A stretch of 64,000 nucleotides of DNA from the NCBI GenBank assembly GCA_030749235.1, contig JASMKM010000013.1, positions 41,717 to 105,716 of the forward strand, in the 5' to 3' direction. How positions within the stretch are numbered: position 1 is the first letter of the stretch; each line of letters begins with the position of its first letter. The stretch comes from Planctomycetota bacterium (GTDB lineage: Bacteria; Planctomycetota; UBA1135). Below the pieces are notes generated by a model. The model did no database searches, had not been told where the DNA came from, and saw nothing but the letters and a program-made list of their open reading frames with translations. Positions 54,600-64,000 of the stretch are shown piece by piece. A program made the position numbers and the translations under genes.

Positions 54600-56393
54600 C
54601 TAAACCGCCGTATGCGGCCAGCTCCAACGCAGTACGACCGCGCCCAGTAGAGCGCAGCAGAAAGGCAGTACGAAACTGTCGCCCAGCAGCAATCCGCCGA
54701 TACCGAACAATAGGCCATAGATGAGGGCGATTCCACCGCCCCAGCCGGCCAGGATGGCGGCCACTTGACCGGAGGGGTTTGTACCGAATGGCTTCCAAGC
54801 GCCCACGGGTAAGACTTTTGCGTAGAAGAAGGCGAGATGTTCGCGGTTCACCGGCGGCGTCAGCATGGTGACGATTAGGCAGACTAGCAGCGAAGCGCCG
54901 ACCACCACGATGTAGCTAACCGGGTAGGGCAGGTCGATGATGCTGCTCTCGGCCCCGAGCTTCGAGGTCATGGTCAACACCGTCATCACGGTGCTGGTCA
55001 GCAAGGCCGCAACCTCGGTCCAGGTATTGGCGCGCCACCAGAACCAGCGCAGCAACATCGCAGGGCCAAGTCCGCCGAGCAAGGACAGCGAGAAGGTGAA
55101 CAAGCCGGCGATACTGTCGGCGATGGTGGCGAAGATGCCGGCAATGATGGCGATGCCGATCTCGGCGAAACGCCCCACCCAAACGTAATGACGGTCACCT
55201 TTGCTCGGCGCAAGGAAACGCCGGTACAGGTCGTTGACCACATAGGCCGATGCCAAGTTGAAGTGGGTGTCCAACGTGCTCATGAAGGCCGCCAGGAAAC
55301 TCGCGCACAGTAATCCGAACAGGCCTGGGCCGAGGTACTTCGCCATCATCATCGGGTAGGCGGCTTCGTGGTCCGGGGTCAAGCTGCCGTCGTCGCCAAC
55401 GAGCTGCGGTAAGGTGGCGGGATCGATCAGAATCAGCGAAGCCAGGCCGACCAGGATCCAAGGCCATGGGCGCAGGCAGTAATGGGCGAGGTGGAACCAA
55501 AGCGCCGCACCGCGGGCATGATTCTCATCCTTACATGCGGAATAGCGTTGCACGCCGATGCCACCGCCGTCGGCGTTTTTGTTTAGCCAACCTTGTAGGC
55601 CGAAGTAGATGAGGAAGCTGCCGAAACCGGCAGTCCACCACGACATCGCCGTCCAGCCCGGGGAGATGCCGGTGTTGGGGTCGGCGTCGGTAGGCAATAG
55701 GGTGGTAATGTGGTGCGGCAGCTCGGCGAATGCGGCGTGGGCTTCGGAGAAACCACCCAGCGCGCTAATGGCCTTCCATGCCAGCAGAAACGCGCCGACC
55801 AGCGCCAGTACGAACTGGAACAAGTCGGTGATCACCACGCCCCAAAGGCCCGACAGGAAGGAGTAACCCAAGGCCAGCACCAAGGCGCCGCCGACGATCC
55901 AGCCATCCATGCTTTGGTCTTCTACGTCCAAGACCACGCGCACCAACTTCTTCATAGCGACCAACACCCACATCAGCACCACCGTGTTGGTAATCATGGA
56001 ATGGTAGGCGCCGTAGAAACCGCGCAAAAAGCGCGCCGGACGTCCGTGATAACGGCGCTCGATAATCTCGGCGTCGGTGGTGACCTCAAGACGCCGCCAC
56101 CAGCCTGCGAGCACCACGAAGCTAAGGCTGCCACCAACAGCCATGCCCCACCACAACCAATTCATCGAGATGCCACCGGAGCGCACCCAACCAGCGACCA
56201 CCAGTGGGGTGTCGGCTGCGAAGGATGTGGCCACCAAGGACGTGCCTGCAACCCACCATGGCAAGCTGCGGCCGGCCAGATAGAAGTCGCCGGTACTGCG
56301 GGAAGCGCGTCGAGTCAGCGTGATGCCGACGCCCATGGCGAACAACAGATAGACGCCAATGGCAACCCAATCCAGGTAGTGGAAACGCTCCAA
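54600..56393 (-). CDS. Sodium:solute symporter (SSS) family transporter
   Basis: 597-aa polytopic protein with N-terminal DFYLAGRSLPWWV...SLVATSFAADTPL typical of SSS transporters. Confidence 0.85.
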   Translation of the reverse strand: MERFHYLDWVAIGVYLLFAMGVGITLTRRASRSTGDFYLAGRSLPWWVAGTSLVATSFAADTPLVVAGWVRSGGISMNWLWWGMAVGGSLSFVVLAGWWRRLEVTTDAEIIERRYHGRPARFLRGFYGAYHSMITNTVVLMWVLVAMKKLVRVVLDVEDQSMDGWIVGGALVLALGYSFLSGLWGVVITDLFQFVLALVGAFLLAWKAISALGGFSEAHAAFAELPHHITTLLPTDADPNTGISPGWTAMSWWTAGFGSFLIYFGLQGWLNKNADGGGIGVQRYSACKDENHARGAALWFHLAHYCLRPWPWILVGLASLILIDPATLPQLVGDDGSLTPDHEAAYPMMMAKYLGPGLFGLLCASFLAAFMSTLDTHFNLASAYVVNDLYRRFLAPSKGDRHYVWVGRFAEIGIAIIAGIFATIADSIAGLFTFSLSLLGGLGPAMLLRWFWWRANTWTEVAALLTSTVMTVLTMTSKLGAESSIIDLPYPVSYIVVVGASLLVCLIVTMLTPPVNREHLAFFYAKVLPVGAWKPFGTNPSGQVAAILAGWGGGIALIYGLLFGIGGLLLGDSFVLPFCCALLGAVVLRWSWPHTAV

Positions 56394-56408
56394 CAGCCTG
56401 TTCAGATC

Positions 56409-57791
56409 CTATTCTCCAGCAGCGATCAGCATGCCCAGCAAGGCTGGCGACAGGCCTGGGAGGTACCAACCGCGTGCGGCGCCCGGGGCGAGTTCGGCGG
56501 CATCGGGCGAGCCCGCGACGTACAGTGGCGGATGGTGATGCTGGATGGCCTCCAACCATGGACCCGGGATATTCGGCAAGCCATGACCCTCGCGCGCGCC
56601 GCATAGAATCAGCAGCGGACCAGGGAAGGTGGCGGGCGGTTCCGAATCGGGCTGGAAGATCGGCATATCCCATTCCTGCAGATACTGGATTGCATCCGGG
56701 GTGCTGGCCATGTTCAGGGTGAGGGCTGGGCGCGAGTGCGTGCGGCCGGCGGCGCCACCAGGCAAGGGGCGCAGCAAGGTCTTCGAGCCACCGCCGAGGA
56801 TCAGCGGCTTTGGCGTGTCGACTTGGCGGTCCAAGGCTAGGCGTAACAACTGATCCAGACGTCCGACGGCCTCGAAGACGCGCTCTTGATTCAAGTCGCC
56901 TCGGTCGAGGGCATCACGCAGAGTAATCGCCAAGGTGACTGGGTCAGCGGGGTCAAGCAGTAAGTCCACGCCGGCGTGGATCGAGTCGACGGCTAACTCT
57001 TCTTGTGGTCCGTCACCGAATCCCGCCATGCTAATCGAGTCGGTGACCGCGACGCCGTCATAACCCCAATCCTTGCGCAGGATGTCCATCATGACCTTGG
57101 AGCGACTGGCGGGCAGACCATCAGGATCGAGCAGCGGGTATTCGAGGTGGCCAATCATGATGCTGGGCATCATGTTGAGGAGAGTCTGGAAAGGCTCGAG
57201 GTGGATACCCGGATCTTCGAAGCACACCGCCATTTCGGTGTGACTGTCTTGACTGCAGTTGCCATGTCCGGGGAAGTGCTTGCCACAGGGTATGCCGCCT
57301 GCATCATTGATGCCGCGGGTGAAGGCGCCAGCACATTCGATGACGCGTTGCACCTCGCTGCCGAAACTACGGTTGGCGATAATTGGCGAACGGGTGGTAT
57401 CCGGCAAGGTCTGGTGCAGGTCGAGGACCGGGCCGAGAATCCAGCGCACGCCGGCGGTGGCGGCTTCGGCGGCGGTGCGGTGGCCAGCAGCGTAAGCGGC
57501 TTCCTCACCGAGCAGGCCGAGCGCCCAAGCATCGGGAAGCGGGGTCAAGCCTTCGAACTGCTGGCCAGCTCCGCGTTCCAGGTCGGCGCAAAACAAAATG
57601 GGATGGCCCGCCTGGTCCTCGAGGGTGTCGTGCAACCATTCGACGTCTTCTGCGTCGCCGCCAAAAATCATGAAGACGCGCGGGTCGAACTCGCGCAGAC
57701 AACGCAGGCCTTCGGCCAAGCCCTCTCCTTTATCAAGACGCAAAGTAGGGGCAACTAGGTAGTCAGTTGGGGCGTGGCTCACAGCCGGCAT
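56409..57791 (-). CDS. Glycoside hydrolase family 3, beta-N-acetylhexosaminidase (NagZ)-like
   Basis: GKHFPGHGN...DSHTE catalytic region, VTDSISMAG, and an extra C-terminal domain. 15 nt upstream of the SSS transporter. Confidence 0.8.
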   Translation of the reverse strand: MPAVSHAPTDYLVAPTLRLDKGEGLAEGLRCLREFDPRVFMIFGGDAEDVEWLHDTLEDQAGHPILFCADLERGAGQQFEGLTPLPDAWALGLLGEEAAYAAGHRTAAEAATAGVRWILGPVLDLHQTLPDTTRSPIIANRSFGSEVQRVIECAGAFTRGINDAGGIPCGKHFPGHGNCSQDSHTEMAVCFEDPGIHLEPFQTLLNMMPSIMIGHLEYPLLDPDGLPASRSKVMMDILRKDWGYDGVAVTDSISMAGFGDGPQEELAVDSIHAGVDLLLDPADPVTLAITLRDALDRGDLNQERVFEAVGRLDQLLRLALDRQVDTPKPLILGGGSKTLLRPLPGGAAGRTHSRPALTLNMASTPDAIQYLQEWDMPIFQPDSEPPATFPGPLLILCGAREGHGLPNIPGPWLEAIQHHHPPLYVAGSPDAAELAPGAARGWYLPGLSPALLGMLIAAGE

Positions 57792-57846
57792 TTTAGACGA
57801 AGCGGACGACCTACCTGGGGCTTCCCGAGCACGTAAAATCGCTGGG

Positions 57847-58722
57847 ATGGCTTCTCCACTCGTCTTGGTTCACGGCGGCGCGGGCTCGATTCCGGCCGCA
57901 TCGCAGTATGCTCATGCGCATGGCTGCCAGCTGGCCGCAGAAGTGGGCGGCGCGGTGCTGCAAGCTGGCGGTTCCTCGGTGGATGCCGCTTGCGCCGCGG
58001 TCGAGGTGCTTGAGGACAACCCGATCTACAACGCCGGTCGCGGTTGCGCCCTCACGCGCGAAGGCCGCGTGTCGCTGGACGCTGCGGTGATGTGCGGCAA
58101 GTCGCGTAATGCAGCTGGCCTTGCCGCGCTCGACGCTTTCCCCAATCCGATCAAGATTGCCAGGGCGATGCTCGAGGAATCCGAAGTGCTGTTGGTCGGC
58201 CATCCAGCGTCGGAGTGGGCTACCAGCCGCGGATTCCGACGGGTTCCGGAGAATGAGCTCACCACCGAAGCCGCCCGCATCCAGTGGCATAAGGTGGTGG
58301 AGGAAGGCGCCGACTCCAACTTCGCCGGCGGCACCGTCGGCGCCGTGGTGCGCGATGCCGAAGGATTCCTGGCGGCGGCCACTTCGACTGGCGGCACCAT
58401 GGGCAAGATGCCCGGGCGCGTCGGCGATTCTCCGCTGATTGGTGCTGGCACCTATGCGGATAGCAAATGCGCTGTCAGCGCCACGGGCCAGGGCGAGGCT
58501 TTCATGCGTGCGGTCTTCGGCGCTCGTGTGGCCGACACTATCCGGTTCGGCGAAGATCCTGCCGCGGCTTTGGAGCGCAGCCTGATTCGCATCCGCGATT
58601 TCTTCGGCGGTTTGGGGGGAGCGATTCTGGTCACCCCCGATAGCGGACCGCAACAATTCTGGACGACACAGGGCATGTCCCATGGTTGGTGGTCGCCAGA
58701 AGATTCCGGCTGCGGGATTTGA
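57847..58722 (+). CDS. iaaA: Isoaspartyl peptidase / L-asparaginase (Ntn hydrolase)
   Basis: LVLVHGGAG, NAGRG, autoprocessing site GGTVGAVV, and TSTGG. Confidence 0.88.
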   Translation: MASPLVLVHGGAGSIPAASQYAHAHGCQLAAEVGGAVLQAGGSSVDAACAAVEVLEDNPIYNAGRGCALTREGRVSLDAAVMCGKSRNAAGLAALDAFPNPIKIARAMLEESEVLLVGHPASEWATSRGFRRVPENELTTEAARIQWHKVVEEGADSNFAGGTVGAVVRDAEGFLAAATSTGGTMGKMPGRVGDSPLIGAGTYADSKCAVSATGQGEAFMRAVFGARVADTIRFGEDPAAALERSLIRIRDFFGGLGGAILVTPDSGPQQFWTTQGMSHGWWSPEDSGCGI

Positions 58723-59552
58723 TTGCAAACAGCAAGGTTTCACCAGGCACTTGGTGGATGATCGCCGCAGCGTGTTCCTTTGCGCTAATGGCCGCATCGT
58801 CGAAGATGATGCCGGAGCTGCCGAGCTTCGAGAAGGTCTTCGTGCGCAGTGTGATCTCGGTGGTGCTGACCTTGGGTATGATCCGCAACGCCGGCAACTG
58901 GACACCGCCCAAACGTAAAGGCGTGTTGTTCTGGCGGGCGGTCTTCGGCTTCATCGGCCTGAGTTGTTATTTCGAGGCCATCGATCGAATCCCGCTGGGA
59001 ACCGCGGTTACGGTCTACAACATGACGCCACTTTTCGCCGCAGTGGTCGGTGTGATGTTCCTGCGCGAAGGGCTGAAGTGGTTGCAGGCGATTTCATTGC
59101 TGGTAGGCCTGGGAGGGGTGGCCCTGATCAAGGGCTTCACACCGGAAGTCACTTGGGATGGCGTACTGTTCGCCCTCGGCACTGCCTTCTTCTCGGCGCT
59201 GGCCTACAGCCTAGTGCGCGTATTGAATCGCACCGAGCATTCGCTGACCATCGTGTTGGCATTCCCGCTGATCTCGATCCCACTTTCGTTGATCGCCGGT
59301 GCACATGAGTTCGTCTGGCCACAAGGTATGGCGTGGTTTTGGCTGTTGGCGCTTGGGCTTGCCACTCAGGGTGGCCAGGTCTGCCTGACCCATGCATTGC
59401 GGTATCACACCGCCTCGCGCGCCACACAGATCGGATTCGTCGGCGTGATCTTCGCGATGCTGCTTGGCAGCTTCATGGGCGATGGCTTGCCCGGCTGGGC
59501 GCAGCTGCTCGGTGCAGGATTGGTGTTCTTGAGCTTGCGGCTCGGGCGCTAA
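58686..59552 (+). CDS. DMT superfamily (EamA-like) transporter
   Basis: Ten predicted hydrophobic segments in two EamA-like halves. TTG start is uncertain. Confidence 0.75.
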   Translation: MVVARRFRLRDLIANSKVSPGTWWMIAAACSFALMAASSKMMPELPSFEKVFVRSVISVVLTLGMIRNAGNWTPPKRKGVLFWRAVFGFIGLSCYFEAIDRIPLGTAVTVYNMTPLFAAVVGVMFLREGLKWLQAISLLVGLGGVALIKGFTPEVTWDGVLFALGTAFFSALAYSLVRVLNRTEHSLTIVLAFPLISIPLSLIAGAHEFVWPQGMAWFWLLALGLATQGGQVCLTHALRYHTASRATQIGFVGVIFAMLLGSFMGDGLPGWAQLLGAGLVFLSLRLGR

Positions 59553-59566
59553 GTTACACTCGGAGA

Positions 59567-61006
59567 ATGCCGAATTCCCTTTCTCGAATCCTGATAGGTG
59601 GCTTTGCAGCAATCGCCATTTCGACTTCTGCCTCCGCACAGGGGCCCGAGTTCCAGGAGGGGAAGGTGCGTGTCGATGGCCAGGATTATCCCTACCAGTT
59701 GCTGGTGCCGTCGAATTTGGAAGAGGGCAAGCGCTATCCGTTAATCTTGTTCCTGCATGGCGCTGGTGAGCGTGGCAATGACAATCAGGCGCAGATCCGA
59801 CACTTCCCCGGGCGCATGAAGAGACTTCAGGAAGAGAATGGTGAACCATGCTTCGTACTGGCTCCGCAATGCCCCAAGGGCGTTTGGTGGACCGGTAAGC
59901 GTACACGCGGTTCTTCTGGTGTTGGCGCGGATGCTCCCATTCGGTCGATGCGTGCAGCAATGGTCGCCTTGGCGAATGTAGTGCGCGAACGACCAATCGA
60001 CCTTGATCGCATGGCGCTGACCGGCTTGTCGATGGGCGGCTATGGATCTTGGAGCATGGCTACGCGCTATCCATCATGGTTCAGTGCGGTCGTGCCGATT
60101 TGCGGTGGCGGCGATGAAAGTCGTGTCTCCCGTCTCGCCGGCTTACCTCTTCAGGTTTGGCATGGCGATGCGGATACTGTGGTTCCGCCTGACCAATCAC
60201 GTCGCATGGTAAAGGCATTAAAAAGGTTGAATATCCCAGTCGAATATCACGAGCTGGAAGGTGTGAGACACAACTCTTGGTCGACTGCTTATGGTGACGG
60301 TAGCTGCTTAGCCCTGCTGTTCAAGAAGAGGCGCAACCCAATCGCGGTGCAGAAAGCAACTGCTGCAGTGTTGGCGGGTGCGATTGCGAAGGAAGAACGC
60401 ATCGCCTTCTTGGGCGATTCGATTACGCAGTCAGGCGCTCAGGAAAATGGCTATGTCGACTTGATCCGCAAGGGCATCGCGAAAGCGCGCCCAGATGCGG
60501 TAATCATCCCAGCCGGTATCAGCGGACACAAAGTTCCTGACTTGCTGAAGCGCTACCAAAAGGATGTTTTGGACAAGAAGCCGACCATGGTTTTTATCTA
60601 CATCGGCATCAACGATGTGTGGCATTCGCAGAACGGTCGTGGCACGCCAATCGAGGAATACGAAGCCGGCCTACGCAAATTGGTCAGGGAGTTTCGCGCT
60701 GCGGGGGCGCAGGTGGTGTTGGCAACCCCCAGTGTGATTGGCGAGAAGCCGGAAGGTGAGAATGAGCTCGACAAGATGCTTCTCGATTACGCCGCAGTGT
60801 CACGCAAGGTTGCCGCCTCCGAAGGTGCGACCCTCTGCGATCTTCGTCAAGCTTTCCTGGATCACTTGATGATCTTCAATCCGAAGGACAGGTCCCAAGG
60901 CATCCTCACTAGCGACGGCGTGCACTTGAACGCCGAAGGCAATTTGTTCGTCGCGTCGGAAGCTGCGCGCGCCTTGTTCGAGGCGAAGAAAATGGGCGGT
61001 GAATAA
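59567..61006 (+). CDS. Secreted fusion protein: alpha/beta-hydrolase esterase domain + SGNH/GDSL hydrolase domain
   Basis: Start at ATG 59567 (GGAGA upstream). N-terminal half has LILFLHGAGERGNDN, nucleophile elbow GLSMGG, and HGDADTVV. C-terminal half has SGNH blocks FLGDSITQSG, GINDV and DGVHLN. Confidence 0.8.
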   Translation: MPNSLSRILIGGFAAIAISTSASAQGPEFQEGKVRVDGQDYPYQLLVPSNLEEGKRYPLILFLHGAGERGNDNQAQIRHFPGRMKRLQEENGEPCFVLAPQCPKGVWWTGKRTRGSSGVGADAPIRSMRAAMVALANVVRERPIDLDRMALTGLSMGGYGSWSMATRYPSWFSAVVPICGGGDESRVSRLAGLPLQVWHGDADTVVPPDQSRRMVKALKRLNIPVEYHELEGVRHNSWSTAYGDGSCLALLFKKRRNPIAVQKATAAVLAGAIAKEERIAFLGDSITQSGAQENGYVDLIRKGIAKARPDAVIIPAGISGHKVPDLLKRYQKDVLDKKPTMVFIYIGINDVWHSQNGRGTPIEEYEAGLRKLVREFRAAGAQVVLATPSVIGEKPEGENELDKMLLDYAAVSRKVAASEGATLCDLRQAFLDHLMIFNPKDRSQGILTSDGVHLNAEGNLFVASEAARALFEAKKMGGE

Positions 61007-61151
61007 TCAGCGCCTGAGATTCGGACTGTGCCTATTGGTCACGGTCCTGCTTGGAGTTGGTACCTAGCTCCTCCGTGGCACCGCTGTCGACGCCATCGCG
61101 AAATACCTTGGCCCCAAGCCTCAGCGAGCGGCAGATATTGGGTGACCGAAA

Positions 61152-61886
61152 CTACCCAGTCACCAGGATCAACAAACCGCTCAACGCCATCATCCAAACA
61201 ACCGCAGTCCTGAACCGCTTCTCACCGATTCGCGCCAACCAATGTCGGCCGACCATATTGCCGAACACCGAACCCACGCCCATTGCCACGCCGAATCCGA
61301 GCAAGCGCCAATCCAGCACGCCGAAGCTGACATAAGTCCCGACCTTGGTCAGGTGCATCAAAAATGCGTTGAATGCCTTCGTCGCGATTATCTCCTCGCG
61401 ATGTACTTGCAGGTTCAGGTAAAAAGGATTCAGCACCGGGCCGACGCCACCCACTAAACCTGAGCCCGTCGCCACCAGGAAGCCGACTGGGGCCATCATC
61501 GGGATCGTTGTCTTGAAGGCAGCCTTTTTCCTGCCCCAACGATACTGCAACACCGTACTCATTAAGAACAATCCGATTAGCCAGCGAAGCGCCTGCAGGC
61601 TGTCGTCGGAAGTGACAATCGATGCGAACAGGCGCGCCCCCAGGAATGCACCAATCAGCGCACCTGGCAGATACCAACGCGTGATGTCCCAACGGATGTG
61701 CTGGAACATCATCACGATGCGCGACAATCCGCTGCTCATGGTGCAGACCGTCACCACCGGCGCAACCGCGTGGGCACCAAGTGCCCAAGTTACGACTGGA
61801 ATCAGAATCAATGCCGCGCCACCGGCCGTAAGCATGCCAAGCGCGAAGCAGGCGGCCGCTGCAAAGGCAAGCAGCAGGTGCAGCAT
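61152..61886 (-). CDS. TauE/SafE (TSUP) family anion exporter
   Basis: 244-aa polytopic protein with Gly-rich helices and internal duplication typical of DUF81/TSUP. Confidence 0.8.
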   Translation of the reverse strand: MLHLLLAFAAAACFALGMLTAGGAALILIPVVTWALGAHAVAPVVTVCTMSSGLSRIVMMFQHIRWDITRWYLPGALIGAFLGARLFASIVTSDDSLQALRWLIGLFLMSTVLQYRWGRKKAAFKTTIPMMAPVGFLVATGSGLVGGVGPVLNPFYLNLQVHREEIIATKAFNAFLMHLTKVGTYVSFGVLDWRLLGFGVAMGVGSVFGNMVGRHWLARIGEKRFRTAVVWMMALSGLLILVTG

Positions 61887-61895
61887 GATGACGAC

Positions 61896-63092
61896 TTAGT
61901 ACTTCAGGAACAGGTAGTACATACGGCCACGTGAACTGACGTGGCCAGCACGTGCCATAGCGGCATCGCCAAGGCCCATAAAGACATCACAGCGGCCGGC
62001 CGAGCGGATGGCGCCGCCGCGGTCCTGATCCAGGGCGAAGAAACGCGTTGGGCGTTGCACCAGTTGGCCGTTCGGATCGAAATCTGGCAGTCGCGTCTCG
62101 ACGTAGACGAGGGCGGCGCGTGGGAAGACGTCCTTGTCGGTGGCAATCGAGTGCATCGCGGTCACCGGTTGACCAAGACAACCGTAAGGTCCGCCGGCAC
62201 TCTCCTGGAAGAACACGAAACTCTCGTTCATCGGAATCACGCGGTCGATCTCCTCAGGGTGATCATCGAAGTATGCGCGCAAGGTCGGCTGCGACAACTT
62301 CGAAGCCTCGATCTTTCCCTCCTCAATCAGGATCTTGCCAATGCTGGTGTATTCATGGCCGTTCTTGCCGTGATAGCCGATTTCGTACAGCTCATTGTTC
62401 GGCAGGCGAATCACCGCACTGCCTTGCACCTGCGCGGTGAAGGCATCGTAGGGATGGGCTAGCCAGACCAGTTCCAGGCCATCGAGGTGCTGGTTGTCGC
62501 GCAACTCGGCAGCTGTGTAGTAGGGGACTAGGCCGCCGTCGGAAGTCATGCGACCAAGGATTTGGCCATCGGACGGATCGGTGACGAGATCATCGGGGCG
62601 CTTGTAGAGCGGGAACTGATATTCACCACCTTGCTCTAGGGAGCCATCGAGGATCGGCGTGCCGTAGCCAGTGAAGAAGACGTCGCCGGTGGAGCTGCGG
62701 CCGCGCGCCACCCAAACGTCAAACTCATCGTTGAGCGCGGTAAGCATGTCCTCGGCGCTGGTGGCGGTCTCGAGAATCTCGCCGAAGCGGCTCACCGAGC
62801 GCACCATGCGGTCGTGGGTAATCTCACCGTTGGGTCCGGCCGGGAAAAATCCCTGCGACGACGGCTTGCCGAGGTAGGCCAGGCTGGCGCGGGTGGCGTC
62901 GATGAGCTCCTCGCGTTGTTGCCAGCCGATCGAGAAATCGGGTCCTGGCTGGTTGTACGGCAGGCGCTCGATGCCATATTCGCCGTCCGCCAGCTCATAG
63001 TCATAGGCGGTGAGGCCTTCGGGCTGGACCTCCGGCTGGACGCAGGATGCGGCGAGCAGGAGCGGGGCAAGAACAAGGTGACGGCGCGGCAT
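61896..63092 (-). CDS. mltA: Membrane-bound lytic murein transglycosylase A
   Basis: Lipobox LLLAASC. MltA-type domain order with a C-terminal 3D domain (DRGGAIRSAGRCDVFMG). ATG 63092 is preferred over GTG 63098. Confidence 0.85.
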   Translation of the reverse strand: MPRRHLVLAPLLLAASCVQPEVQPEGLTAYDYELADGEYGIERLPYNQPGPDFSIGWQQREELIDATRASLAYLGKPSSQGFFPAGPNGEITHDRMVRSVSRFGEILETATSAEDMLTALNDEFDVWVARGRSSTGDVFFTGYGTPILDGSLEQGGEYQFPLYKRPDDLVTDPSDGQILGRMTSDGGLVPYYTAAELRDNQHLDGLELVWLAHPYDAFTAQVQGSAVIRLPNNELYEIGYHGKNGHEYTSIGKILIEEGKIEASKLSQPTLRAYFDDHPEEIDRVIPMNESFVFFQESAGGPYGCLGQPVTAMHSIATDKDVFPRAALVYVETRLPDFDPNGQLVQRPTRFFALDQDRGGAIRSAGRCDVFMGLGDAAMARAGHVSSRGRMYYLFLKY

Positions 63093-63116
63093 AGGCACAG
63101 CGTATCCTGTGGGCTC

Positions 63117-64000
63117 ATGCTTTTCGAATACCGACGTGAACTTAGCGGCGGCGCGGTCCTGACCACGCTCGACGTGGACTCCGATTTACTGCGCGGCAAC
63201 CCTCTGGGCGACCCGTCCAAGCGCAGTCAGCCACTGCTGCTGCCACCGGGGGAAACTTCCGGCCTGCCGTTGGTCACCGTGCTGGTCGGCTATACGGGCT
63301 TCAACCACAAGGTGCTGAATAAGGGGTCGATGTGGGGTGAGAATGTGCCTGAGCGAATTGCTCGGGGCATGGCCAGTGGTGCCATCCCACTGGCGGTCTT
63401 CGTGTGGCCAGCGGCCGAAACTAGGCTAGGTGGCAGTCAATATGTGGACAGTGCCGGTACTGGGAACTACCAGTCTTACGTGTTGGACGAGGTCATCCCG
63501 ACGGTCGAGCAGCATTTCCAATGCGGTGGTGCTGGCAAGCGCGTGGTGGTCGGTAAGTCCAGCGGTGGTTTCGGCGCCTTGAGCTTGGCAATGCGACGGC
63601 CGGGCTACTTCTCGGCGCTGGGCTCCCATGCCGGCGACATGGGTTTCGACATGAGTCATTTCCGCGGATTTGCCGATGCTCTGAATTGTTGGGCCAAGTA
63701 CGGCGGCCCCGAGGAGTTTGTGAAGGCGCTACCGGAGCTCGAGCATTTTGGGCACATGGAACATGCTGGCATCGAAGGCATCGCCATGGCGTCGTGCTAC
63801 TCGCCGAATCCCGATGCGCCGCTGGGAGTAGATCTGCCCGTCGACCCGGCCACCGGTGAAATCCGTCATGAGGTCTTCAACGGTTGGCTGAAATTCGACC
63901 CATTGCGGATGGTGGATCAACCAGAGTTCGCCCAAGGTCTGCGCGACCTGAAGTTGCTCTACCTGGATGCCGGCGAGACCGATGAGTTCGCCTTGCAGTG
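63117..64000 (+). CDS. Esterase family protein (esterase D / enterochelin esterase-like), 3' end beyond the window
   Basis: Hand translation from ATG 63117 gives MLFEYRRELSGGAVLTTLDVDSDLLRGNPLGD... with nucleophile elbow VVGKSSGGFGAL. Open to the window end, so absent from the ORF track. Confidence 0.7.
   Translation, partial: MLFEYRRELSGGAVLTTLDVDSDLLRGNPLGDPSKRSQPLLLPPGETSGLPLVTVLVGYTGFNHKVLNKGSMWGENVPERIARGMASGAIPLAVFVWPAAETRLGGSQYVDSAGTGNYQSYVLDEVIPTVEQHFQCGGAGKRVVVGKSSGGFGALSLAMRRPGYFSALGSHAGDMGFDMSHFRGFADALNCWAKYGGPEEFVKALPELEHFGHMEHAGIEGIAMASCYSPNPDAPLGVDLPVDPATGEIRHEVFNGWLKFDPLRMVDQPEFAQGLRDLKLLYLDAGETDEFALQ

Overview
High-GC bacterial chromosomal window. Spot counts of single 60-nt lines gave 38/60 G+C at 12961-13020 and 32/60 at 17881-17940. 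It is densely coding on both strands. I support about 55 protein-coding genes, one tRNA-Leu(GAG), one truncated catalase remnant and one frameshifted gene. I found no rRNA, no CRISPR array, and no recognisable transposase, integrase or phage genes. The backbone is housekeeping: ABC transporter, clpB, pdxJ, rsmD, nagA-like, manA, rluB, cysteine synthase, groES-groEL, rnd, priA, fhs, a tryptophanase/tyrosine phenol-lyase family enzyme, nagZ-like GH3, isoaspartyl peptidase and mltA. Between these lie many secreted proteins and lipoproteins of unknown function. That repertoire (Peptidase_MA-like lipoprotein, prenyltransferase-like alpha/alpha-toroid proteins, HEAT+VWA, IPT/TIG propeller) weakly suggests a PVC-type (Planctomycetes/Verrucomicrobia-like) organism, but this is inference only. 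Four loci are most worth a second look. (1) 4857-9741 holds a tandem array of five paralogous secreted proteins/lipoproteins; four end in an acidic, Met-rich tail with a terminal hydrophobic-x-Phe-COOH, and one copy is frameshifted. (2) 30493-32315 holds a matrixin-type (HExxHxxGxxHS) metalloprotease translationally coupled to a small secreted two-cysteine protein whose predicted mature N-terminus is Cys, which resembles TIMP logic. (3) 45385-53601 holds a large Peptidase_MA-like lipoprotein flanked by two paralogous alpha/alpha-toroid + discoidin-like proteins, with a 37-bp head-to-head spacer and overlapping stop codons. (4) 27638-29992 holds a tightly packed operon ending in groES-groEL, with a stand-alone CheY-like receiver 31 nt upstream of groES. 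All functional ideas for these loci are hypotheses from motif-level reading. No database search was possible.
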